Positions 8,593 to 16,446 of a stretch of DNA of 27,655 nucleotides are shown here, in pieces (the stretch's first letter is position 1; the number at the start of each line of letters is the position of its first letter). Below the pieces are notes generated by a model, which saw only the letters and a list, made by a program, of their open reading frames with translations, made no database searches and was not told where the DNA came from. The position numbers were made by a program, and so were the translations under genes. Source of the stretch: Chlamydiota bacterium (GTDB lineage Bacteria; Auribacterota; Tritonobacteria; UBA1439); contig JBAXOY010000031.1 of the NCBI GenBank assembly GCA_037133055.1, forward strand, positions 1-27,655. The letters are read 5' to 3'.

Positions 8593-9963
8593 ATGAAGAA
8601 AGCGATTCTGTTCCTTGTGCTGCTGTCGGCATTGTTTCCCATGAGCACGGCGCTGATGGCGCAAAACGAATGCACAATCATGCAGCCGGACCTTGCGACG
8701 TTTAAGCAATGGATGGCGCAGGACATGAGTTTGCCGAAGGCCTATATCGACCCCGCCATAAAGCCGAAGAGGGGATCGGCCAGTCTGCTCGGCTATCTGC
8801 CGTATATCCCCGCGGAGCGCAATCAGGGCAACTGCGGCGACTGCTGGACGTGGGCGGCGACGGGATGCATGGAGATATGGCACAACTATTCGTACGGCAT
8901 CGCGGACCGCCTTTCCATCCAGTTCATAAACTCCTGCAAGACCGACACGTTCCCCTGCTGCGGCGGCAACCCCTACGGGTTCGCCACCTGGTATGCCGCG
9001 CAGGGAATCGCGGTCCCATGGTCGAACAGCGGGGCAAGTTTTGCTGATGGCGGAACAGCACCGGACTGTAGCTCGGCCCCGGCGGTGGCTTGCTCCAGTA
9101 TTTCCACCTCCCCAAATTACCCGCTCAATTCCATCTCCGCATCCCTGATCACCACGACGGGAGTGGGACAGGCGACTGCGATCGCAAACATAAAGAATGT
9201 GCTCGCCCAGGGCAAGGCGGTCTACTGGGGGTTCTGGCTGCCCAGGACGGTCGATTGGGACAATTACCGGAATTTCTGGAATAACAATAACGAGACCGTG
9301 CTGTGGAGCCCGGAATTCTGTTACGGCGCGACCGCGGACTCCGGGTTCGGAGGGCATGCGGAGCTCATCGTCGGCTACAACGACGACAATCTCTCGAACC
9401 AGTACTGGATCGTGGTGAACAGTTGGGGAACCGCCAGCGGGAACCGTCCCAACGGCATCAACCATCTGAAAATGAACATCAATTACGATGGCCAGTACTA
9501 TAACAGCGGATGGTGGCCCGTCGTCCGCTTTTATACCGTGGACGTCAGTTTCGGTGGCGGTCCCATTCCCACGCCCACCCCGCAGCCCCCGACGCCCACA
9601 CCGAAGCCCCCGTGCCCCGTCCGCGTGGACCCGGACCAGACGAGCTTCTCGGCCGCTTCGGACCAGATAGATCTCTACGCGTCCACGGACACGCTCACCA
9701 CGTGGTGCTATCCGTTCGTCCGGATCGTGACGCCGTACTACGGGACCTACTACCTCACCTCGCGCTTGGTGATGTACCCGTACCCGATGCCGTACACCCC
9801 CTACTCGATCACCACCACCGGGCCGCTCAGCGGCCTGTTCCTGTGCGGCGTCTGGTGGAGGAATCTCTACCCGGGCACGTACTACGTCGAGAGCGGGGCC
9901 GTAAATGCCTATAGCCTCAGTCTGATCGGTCCCATATACACCGTGCCGTTCACGCTGAACTAA
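8593..9963 (+). CDS. Secreted papain-like (C1) cysteine peptidase 3 (divergent)
   Basis: MKKAILFLV signal peptide. NQGNCGDCWTWA, GGHAELIVGY, VVNSWG. PTPTPQPPTPTP linker. AGGAGG SD. Confidence 0.9.
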   Translation: MKKAILFLVLLSALFPMSTALMAQNECTIMQPDLATFKQWMAQDMSLPKAYIDPAIKPKRGSASLLGYLPYIPAERNQGNCGDCWTWAATGCMEIWHNYSYGIADRLSIQFINSCKTDTFPCCGGNPYGFATWYAAQGIAVPWSNSGASFADGGTAPDCSSAPAVACSSISTSPNYPLNSISASLITTTGVGQATAIANIKNVLAQGKAVYWGFWLPRTVDWDNYRNFWNNNNETVLWSPEFCYGATADSGFGGHAELIVGYNDDNLSNQYWIVVNSWGTASGNRPNGINHLKMNINYDGQYYNSGWWPVVRFYTVDVSFGGGPIPTPTPQPPTPTPKPPCPVRVDPDQTSFSAASDQIDLYASTDTLTTWCYPFVRIVTPYYGTYYLTSRLVMYPYPMPYTPYSITTTGPLSGLFLCGVWWRNLYPGTYYVESGAVNAYSLSLIGPIYTVPFTLN

Positions 9964-10012
9964 AACAGTTTCTCGTTGGTACAGGGTCACTCGTGGAGGG
10001 CTCCCGCATTAT

Positions 10013-10053
10013 CCCCCTCCCCCTTATGAAGGGGGAGGGCAGGGTGGGGGTGA
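10013..10053. repeat. REP-like intergenic palindromic element
   Basis: Perfect 11-bp stem CCCTCCCCCTT-ATG-AAGGGGGAGGG (10015-10039) followed by CAGGGTGGGGGTGA. Confidence 0.55.
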
Positions 10054-10275
10054 TAGTACGGGTACTGGTTACCGGGTTCTGGTTTCTCGGGAGAACGTTG
10101 ACACGATCGACGGGAAACGGGCAGCACGGCACCCGCTGGGCTGCCCTATTTTTCTGCCTGGACCCGTTCCGTCCCGCGCGCGACGGGACAGCGGATTCGC
10201 GCACTCCTTGCGGTTCATCGCGTGAGGATGTATATATAATGGATTGGGCATGGTTTCAAGAGGGAGGGCGGCGCA

Positions 10276-12453
10276 ATGAAAAAGCTTTTCTGTCTCGGCG
10301 CGGCGCTGGCGCTGCTCCCCGCGATGGCGGGGGCGCAGTACTATCCGGGGAAGATCACCGACTACACCATCGGCAGGCCCGCGGAGGAGAAGGCCGGTTT
10401 CATGGCGACGGGAATGCAGTCCGACGCCGCCGCGCGCATGAGCGCCGAATCGGCCGCCCCCGTCGAGGTGAAGTATAACGCGAAGACCGGCGTGCCGTAC
10501 CTCCTCTCGGGCAGCTTCTCTCTCAGCGGCCGGAAGGCGGGCGCCGCGGAAGAGGCGGCCGTCAAGGCGTTCCTCGACAGGAACCGGGACATCTTCGGCA
10601 TCCGTGATGCGTCGGGCGAACTGAACCTCGCCAACGCAGAGACCGATCAGCACGGACTGCGCACGCTCCGATTCGCACAGCGCCACCGGGGGGTGCCCGT
10701 GTACGGGGGCGACCTCCTCGCCCATCTCGACGCGGACGGGAACCTCACCTCCGTGAACGGGAACTACCTGCCCGGCATCTCCCTCGACACGGCGCCGGCA
10801 GTCACCCCCGCCGAGGCGGTCACCATCGCCAAGGCCGCGCTCGGGATCGCGGAAGCGGACCTGCGCAACACGATCGGCCCCGAGCTGATGATATATCCCA
10901 TGGACGGGGTCTATCGCCTCGCCTGGTGCCTCACGCTCGCGGCCTCGAAACCGGCCGGAGAGTGGAAATGCTTCGTGGACGCGAAGTCGGGGACGCTCAT
11001 CGAGAAGTGGAACGACGCGAAGTACGCGGACGCGGTGCTCACGGGGGTGGGGGTGCTCGGGGATACGATCAGCGTGCATGGGTACTATCAACCCTGGCGA
11101 TACGCTTTCTGGCTGGACTGGACTCCATTGTACGTCCCGCCGTATTGGGATCAGTCCGGTATTTATAACTGGCCCGGCTATGGACTTGCGGATACCACCA
11201 AGCCGATGTTCAACCCGTCGACGGGGAAGGGATATATCGGGACCATGAACGCGGGGATGCAGGACGTAACCTCGCTCTACCAACCCATGTACATATGCGC
11301 TCGGTGGACTACCAATTTCGCGGGCTTGTTTTCCGGATCGAACACGGTATGGGATTTTTCGGGCCATTACAACGCCGGCAAGGTATACGACTACTGGCTG
11401 AGCCATTTCGGGAGGAACAGCATCGACAACAACGGCATGACCATCAACGTCCTCACAAACTGCATGTTCGGCTCCGATGCGACAAACGCGATGTGGTCGA
11501 AAAATCCCTCGAGTCCCTACTTTCCGCAAGGGGCCGTCTTCTTCGGCAGGGGCGATTACTCGGTTGCGCTCGGCCAGTCGGGCTCCCTCTCCTGCGTGAC
11601 GCACGAGCTCACGCACGGCGTCACGAACTACACCTGCAACCTCGAGTACAAGAACCAGTCAGGGGCGATCAACGAGGCGTTCTCGGATTCGTTCTCGTAC
11701 GCGCTCAGGGCCTCGGCGGGCGACCCGAACGCGCATCTCTACAACGGCGAGGGGTGCTGGATCGCCTCGCCGGGGTACTGCCGGAATCTCCAGGACCCGC
11801 ACCTCGGCTATACCCAGAGCCCCTATTCATTCGGCGCGCTGCCCGCGAACATGGACGAGTACGTCACCACGACGGAGGACAACGGCGGCGTGCACATCAA
11901 CATGTCCATAATCTCGCACACCTTCTACCTGATCTGCCAGGCGATCGGCGTCCAGAAGGGGGAGCAGATCTGGTACAAGACCCAGACGCAGTACTGCGCC
12001 ACGACGACCACGTTTACCCAGCTCCGCGACCTTGCCCTCCAATCGTGCAGCGACCTCTACGGGAGGGGGGCCGAGTACGCCGCCGTGGCGAACGCGTTCG
12101 CCACTGTGGGCATTGGCAACATGATGGTCAGGCGGGGGGACGCGCTCAACGTCAACGTTTCGGTTTCGGCGATAGCCGAGACGTCATTCGGCTTCAATGC
12201 CTACTCGGTTGTGACAACCCCGTGGGGGCAGATATTCACGGTGTACCAGAGCGCGGTGAGCCCGTTCAAAGGCGCCCTGGCCCGCGTGCCGGGGCTCCCG
12301 AACGGCTACCCCGCGGCCGTCTACAACGGCGCGGTCCCGACCTCGATCTCCGCGGGGGATTATGTCTTCGAGGTCGCGGTCATACCCGCCGAGATGCCCC
12401 AGGCGCGAGAGAACGCCAGGTTCCACAAGACGATCACTGTCACCATGCTGTGA
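10276..12453 (+). CDS. Secreted M4 (thermolysin-family) zinc metallopeptidase with FTP/PepSY propeptide and C-terminal domain
   Basis: Signal peptide. Propeptide motifs RFAQRHRGVPVYG and FVDAKSG. HELTH, GAINEAFSD, DNGGVHIN. GGAGG SD. Confidence 0.93.
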   Translation: MKKLFCLGAALALLPAMAGAQYYPGKITDYTIGRPAEEKAGFMATGMQSDAAARMSAESAAPVEVKYNAKTGVPYLLSGSFSLSGRKAGAAEEAAVKAFLDRNRDIFGIRDASGELNLANAETDQHGLRTLRFAQRHRGVPVYGGDLLAHLDADGNLTSVNGNYLPGISLDTAPAVTPAEAVTIAKAALGIAEADLRNTIGPELMIYPMDGVYRLAWCLTLAASKPAGEWKCFVDAKSGTLIEKWNDAKYADAVLTGVGVLGDTISVHGYYQPWRYAFWLDWTPLYVPPYWDQSGIYNWPGYGLADTTKPMFNPSTGKGYIGTMNAGMQDVTSLYQPMYICARWTTNFAGLFSGSNTVWDFSGHYNAGKVYDYWLSHFGRNSIDNNGMTINVLTNCMFGSDATNAMWSKNPSSPYFPQGAVFFGRGDYSVALGQSGSLSCVTHELTHGVTNYTCNLEYKNQSGAINEAFSDSFSYALRASAGDPNAHLYNGEGCWIASPGYCRNLQDPHLGYTQSPYSFGALPANMDEYVTTTEDNGGVHINMSIISHTFYLICQAIGVQKGEQIWYKTQTQYCATTTTFTQLRDLALQSCSDLYGRGAEYAAVANAFATVGIGNMMVRRGDALNVNVSVSAIAETSFGFNAYSVVTTPWGQIFTVYQSAVSPFKGALARVPGLPNGYPAAVYNGAVPTSISAGDYVFEVAVIPAEMPQARENARFHKTITVTML

Positions 12454-12478
12454 TCAGTACGTGCACCCGGAATCAGTT

Positions 12479-12518
12479 CCACCTCGTAGGTGGCCATGAA
12501 TGGTTACCTACGAGGTGG
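12479..12518 (+). terminator. Long stem-loop after the M4 peptidase (terminator or 3' stabiliser)
   Basis: CCACCTCGTAGGTGGCCAT / ATGGTTACCTACGAGGTGG. The two mismatches form G-U pairs only on the + strand RNA. Confidence 0.55.
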
Positions 12519-12542
12519 TCCGTTCTGAAGAGAAGTGCATGG

Positions 12543-12571
12543 TTGCGTCACGCCTCGGCCTGTGGTACAAC
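12543..12571 (+). promoter_or_regulatory. Possible sigma70 promoter for the Lrp/AsnC-domain gene
   Basis: TTGCGT-17 nt-TACAAC with TGn extension. GGGAGG SD downstream. Confidence 0.4.
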
Positions 12572-12598
12572 TGAGGCCGGACAACCGGGAGGTCTGCC

Positions 12599-12832
12599 AT
12601 GGCGGTGAGCGCGTACATCTTCGTGGAGGTGACGCAGGGCAAGGCGCTGGAGATCCGCGACCAGATCTCGGCCATCAATGGCGTGATGGAGGCGCACTCG
12701 GTGACGGGCCCCTACGACATCATCGCGCGCGTCGAGGGGGACGACGTCGGCGTGCTGGGGGAGTTCATCGTCTCGCGGATACAGAACGTGCCTGGGGTAC
12801 AGAGGACGCTCACGAACATTATTGTGGAATGA
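12599..12832 (+). CDS. Stand-alone Lrp/AsnC ligand-binding (RAM) domain protein
   Basis: 77 aa. AYIFVEV, AHSVTGPYDIIARV, IQNVPGVQRTLT. No HTH. GGAGG SD. Confidence 0.9.
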   Translation: MAVSAYIFVEVTQGKALEIRDQISAINGVMEAHSVTGPYDIIARVEGDDVGVLGEFIVSRIQNVPGVQRTLTNIIVE

Positions 12833-12871
12833 TAGGACGCGGATGAACGCGGATCGCCGCGGATGGGCCTG

Positions 12872-13264
12872 ATGAACAGAAAATGCCGCACCCTCGCAAC
12901 GGTGTGCGTCATCTCCTCCCTCCTCACCCTCTGCGGGTGCGACCGGGTGCAGGAGCTGCTCGGCAAGATCGGAGACCTGGTGCAGCCCGGGGCCTCGTCG
13001 GGCCGTAGGAGCGCGCTCGTCAGCGACCATGAGCGGATAGTGAGGAAGTTCGGCCAGCCGAGGGAGAAGATCGGGGTGGGCACAGCCGCGCACACCGAGA
13101 ACGGCGTACGCTACGACCGCAAGTGGAACTACTATTACGCGGGGAGGCCTGGGTCCAAGCCCACGATGCGGACGGTCTATTTCATGAACGAGCGGTATGC
13201 CGGCTCCGTCCTCCACCAGCCGGACGGAAAGATCAGGAAAGAGCAGATCAGGTTCAGCTACTGA
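12872..13264 (+). CDS. Hypothetical lipoprotein
   Basis: Basic N-terminus, hydrophobic stretch and LCGC lipobox-like motif. KFGQP...KWNYYY...RTVYF resembles small SmpA/BamE-like folds (weak). Start 12872 or 12863. Confidence 0.6.
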   Translation: MNRKCRTLATVCVISSLLTLCGCDRVQELLGKIGDLVQPGASSGRRSALVSDHERIVRKFGQPREKIGVGTAAHTENGVRYDRKWNYYYAGRPGSKPTMRTVYFMNERYAGSVLHQPDGKIRKEQIRFSY

Positions 13265-13376
13265 ATCCCAACGGCGCCTCCACACCCCCCGCCCTGTCTC
13301 CTCACTCCGTCGCAGGGCAGACTAACGTGTATCCTACAAAGAAAGCCGCTTTCCAGACGCCGCCCGACGACGTTGC

Positions 13377-13949
13377 CTACTCCACCCCCCCCGACGCGCT
13401 CAGGTCCTTCTCACCCTTGATGATCTGGGAGTCGCTCTGCGCGCCGGGCTGCGGCATATCCGGCTGTGAGTCCGGGGGAGGGGGGGGCTGGCCCGGGGGC
13501 ATCGCCTGCGGCCCGGCATCGCCGGGCTGAGCCTGCTCGCCCACCGGAATGGTCGTCGTCTCGGTCCTCACCTCGGTCCGGACCTGCGGGGCCGGCAGCA
13601 TCGCCCCCGCCACGGGGGCCTTCACCTTGTGGTCCTTCTTCTTTCCGTCCGCCCCGATGAAGGTCAGCTTGATCGAGTCCTTCATCATCGAGGGGACCTG
13701 GACCATGAAGCCCCCGTCGGGGCCGACCATGCCGGCGTTGCTCAGCTTCGTTTTCTTGCTCTGGGCCATGACGCGGACGGGGGGCATCCCGCCCATCACG
13801 GCCCCCGGCATCCCCTGGACGGTGACGACACCCTGGGCATCCATCGGGCTCACGGCGATGGCGTCCTTGTTGATCTTGATATCGACTCCGCCGGCGAACG
13901 CGACGCCGGCGGCGAGCGCGAAAATGACGGTACGCGCGAGCATTTTCAT
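13377..13949 (-). CDS. Hypothetical secreted protein (beta-rich domain plus Pro/Gln-rich tail)
   Basis: Signal peptide MKMLARTVIFALAAGVAFA, AGGAGG SD and its own promoter. Confidence 0.75.
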   Translation of the reverse strand: MKMLARTVIFALAAGVAFAGGVDIKINKDAIAVSPMDAQGVVTVQGMPGAVMGGMPPVRVMAQSKKTKLSNAGMVGPDGGFMVQVPSMMKDSIKLTFIGADGKKKDHKVKAPVAGAMLPAPQVRTEVRTETTTIPVGEQAQPGDAGPQAMPPGQPPPPPDSQPDMPQPGAQSDSQIIKGEKDLSASGGVE

Positions 13950-13975
13950 GAGGTGCTGCCTCCTGTAGTTCGGCC

Positions 13976-14005
13976 ATTATACCCGAGCGTACCCGTGGGA
14001 CGCAA
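13976..14005 (-). promoter_or_regulatory. Sigma70 promoter for the - strand secreted protein
   Basis: On the - strand TTGCGT-18 nt-TATAAT. Confidence 0.6.
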
Positions 14006-14048
14006 TGCAGGATAATCCTGACCCATTATGGTCAGACCGGCTTTTGAA

Positions 14049-14078
14049 TTGACTCTCCGCGCGGGGGTGTGCTAGCGT
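14049..14078 (+). promoter_or_regulatory. Sigma70 promoter for rpiB-deoC
   Basis: TTGACT-18 nt-TAGCGT with TGn extension. Confidence 0.5.
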
Positions 14079-14130
14079 ATGCCACGCGTTCCCGACCGGG
14101 TGAATACGCGTCCCGGATCGGAGGAGACCG

Positions 14131-14694
14131 ATGGCGGACAGCGAACGGATTGCACGGATCGTCAGGGAGGTCGTGGGCCGTTATCCCGCCTCCGCGTCCG
14201 GCGCTTCCGCGGACACGAAGGCGCCGGACGCGAAGGCGCCCGAGCGCGCGAGGAAAGTCGCCCTCGCCTCCGACCACGGGGGGCTCGAGCTCAAGAACCT
14301 TTTGCGCGGCTATCTCGAAGACCTCGGCTACGCGGTGAGGGATTTCGGCACCTATACGAAGGAGGCGGTCGACTATCCCGACTACGCCGCGAAAGTGGCG
14401 CGCGCGGTCGCGGCGGGCGAGTATGACCGCGGGATCGTCGTGGACGGGGCCGGGATCGGCTCGTGCATGGCGGCGAACAAGGTGCGGGGCGCACGCGCGG
14501 CCATGTGCTACGACGTGAAGACCGCGGTCAACAGCCGCGAGCACAACTGCGCCAACGTGCTCACGCTCGGCGGCCCGCTGATCGCGACGCCCGCGGCGAA
14601 AGAGATCGTGAAGGTGTGGCTGGAGACGCCGTTCGGCGGCGGGCGCCACCAGAAGCGGGTGGACAAGATCATGGCGATCGAGGATGACAAATAA
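14131..14694 (+). CDS. rpiB: Ribose-5-phosphate isomerase B with N-terminal encapsulation-peptide-like extension
   Basis: [55 protein letters not shown]. Confidence 0.93.
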   Translation: MADSERIARIVREVVGRYPASASGASADTKAPDAKAPERARKVALASDHGGLELKNLLRGYLEDLGYAVRDFGTYTKEAVDYPDYAAKVARAVAAGEYDRGIVVDGAGIGSCMAANKVRGARAAMCYDVKTAVNSREHNCANVLTLGGPLIATPAAKEIVKVWLETPFGGGRHQKRVDKIMAIEDDK

Positions 14695-14728
14695 CCGTAA
14701 GCTGCGCCATTACACCATCGGGGGAATT

Positions 14729-15610
14729 ATGGATACAGGCGAACTTGCACGGCTGGTGACGAAAGAGGTGCTCGCGAGACTGAAGGGCGCGCCGGGGGGG
14801 GGCGAGGGCCCGACCTGCGGCCTCGCCGATATCTGCTCGGCCTGCGGCCGCTGCGCCTCGGCGCGCGAGGCGACGGTCCGCCAGTTCATGTCGAGCGGCG
14901 CTTCGCGCATATCCGCCTCGGGCGGCATCGGCAAGGTGGCGGGCGACCTCGCGGGCATGATCGACCACACCCTGCTCAAGGCGGACGCCACCGAAAAGCA
15001 GGTGGAGACCCTCTGCCGCGAGGCGGCGGAGTACCGGTTCTGCTCGGTCTGCGTGAATCCCTGGTTCGTTCCGCTGTGCGCGAAGCTTTTGCGCCGCACG
15101 GGGGTCAAGGTCTGCACGGTGATCGGGTTCCCGCTCGGGGCGTCGGCCCCCGAGACCAAGGCGTACGAGACGCGGAACGCGATCGGCGAGGGCGCGCAGG
15201 AGTGTGACATGGTGCTGAACGTCGGCGCGCTCAAGTCCGGCGACTACCGCCTGGTCGAGAAGGACATACGCGGCGTCGTGCGCGCGGCGCAGGGGGGCAC
15301 GATCGTCAAGGTGATCCTCGAGACGTGCCTGCTCACCGACGCGGAAAAGGTGAAGGCATGCGAGATCTCGAAGAGCGCCGGAGCTGATTTCGTCAAGACC
15401 TCCACGGGGTTCAGCACGGGCGGGGCAACGGCGGAGGATATCGCGCTTATGCGGAAAACCGTGGGCACGGAGATGGGGGTCAAGGCCTCGGGCGGCGTCC
15501 GCTCGAAGGAGGATGCCGAGAAACTGGTCAAGGCGGGAGCGACCCGCCTCGGCGCGAGCGCCAGCATCAAGATCGTTTCGGGCAAGGGCGGGAGCGGGGC
15601 CGCCTACTAA
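14729..15610 (+). CDS. deoC: Deoxyribose-phosphate aldolase with N-terminal EP-like helix and Cys cluster
   Basis: [45 protein letters not shown] 14729 after GGGGA. Confidence 0.95.
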   Translation: MDTGELARLVTKEVLARLKGAPGGGEGPTCGLADICSACGRCASAREATVRQFMSSGASRISASGGIGKVAGDLAGMIDHTLLKADATEKQVETLCREAAEYRFCSVCVNPWFVPLCAKLLRRTGVKVCTVIGFPLGASAPETKAYETRNAIGEGAQECDMVLNVGALKSGDYRLVEKDIRGVVRAAQGGTIVKVILETCLLTDAEKVKACEISKSAGADFVKTSTGFSTGGATAEDIALMRKTVGTEMGVKASGGVRSKEDAEKLVKAGATRLGASASIKIVSGKGGSGAAY

Positions 15611-15620
15611 CGGGGGAGCC

Positions 15621-16259
15621 ATGGAGCGCATGAGAAAGAGCGGAGGAGTCGGCAGGGTGCGGAGCGGCGCGCGGGTGGTCGCCCTCGCCGTCGCGGCGGG
15701 GCTCGCGGCGTCGTGCGCGGCGTCCGGCGGCGCCGTCAAGGGCGCGGGAGACGGAAAAAAGGAGGGCGCGGTGCAGAAGAAGGGCCAGCCGGTCGCGGTC
15801 ATCGAGACGTCGATGGGAACGATCACGTGCACACTGTTTCCCGACAAGGCCCCCAAGGCGTGCGAGAATTTCATCCTCCTCGCCGGTAAGGGGTACTACA
15901 ACGGCATTGTCTTCCATCGCGTCATCGAAAACTTCATGATCCAGGGCGGCGACCCGACGGGCACGGGGCGGGGGGGCACGAGCGCCTGGGGGACGGCCTT
16001 CGAGGATGAGTTCCACCCCTCCCTCGTGCATGACCACGCGGGGATACTCTCGATGGCCAACGCAGGCCCCGGCACCAACGGGAGCCAGTTCTTCATCACG
16101 CTCGCCCCGACGCCATGGCTCGACAACCGTCACACCATCTTCGGCGAGGTCGTCGGGGGGATGGATGTGGTGCGGAAAATCGGGGCCGTGAAGAAGGGGC
16201 CGGGGGATAAGCCCGTGGTGGATGTCGTGATGAAGCGGGTCAGCATCGAGTACCGATAG
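15621..16259 (+). CDS. Cyclophilin-type peptidyl-prolyl isomerase, probable lipoprotein
   Basis: [48 protein letters not shown] lipobox. Confidence 0.93.
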   Translation: MERMRKSGGVGRVRSGARVVALAVAAGLAASCAASGGAVKGAGDGKKEGAVQKKGQPVAVIETSMGTITCTLFPDKAPKACENFILLAGKGYYNGIVFHRVIENFMIQGGDPTGTGRGGTSAWGTAFEDEFHPSLVHDHAGILSMANAGPGTNGSQFFITLAPTPWLDNRHTIFGEVVGGMDVVRKIGAVKKGPGDKPVVDVVMKRVSIEYR

Positions 16260-16261
16260 CA

Positions 16262-16286
16262 GGAGCCCGTTATTCGGACGGGCTCC
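16262..16286. terminator. GC-rich stem-loop after the cyclophilin gene
   Basis: GGAGCCCGT-7 nt-ACGGGCTCC perfect 9-bp stem. No U-tract. Confidence 0.4.
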
Positions 16287-16314
16287 CTGCCGGCCGTTCG
16301 TGACCTCGAGAGGT

Positions 16315-16428
16315 ATGCGCCCGATGAGCGCCAGGGTCGTGGTGGTGTGCGCGGGAGTCGTGATTTTCCTCCTCCTGCTCATCGTGGTGTTCATGGCGGT
16401 GATTTCCGTTCTCCGGGTGAGCGCCTGA
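16315..16428 (+). CDS. Small single-TM membrane protein (37 aa), below the ORF track cutoff
   Basis: GAGG SD then ATG. MRPMSARVVVVCAGVVIFLLLLIVVFMAVISVLRVSA*. GC-rich third positions. Fills the gap between two genes. Confidence 0.6.
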   Translation: MRPMSARVVVVCAGVVIFLLLLIVVFMAVISVLRVSA

Positions 16429-16446
16429 CCCCGGGATCCTATCCCA

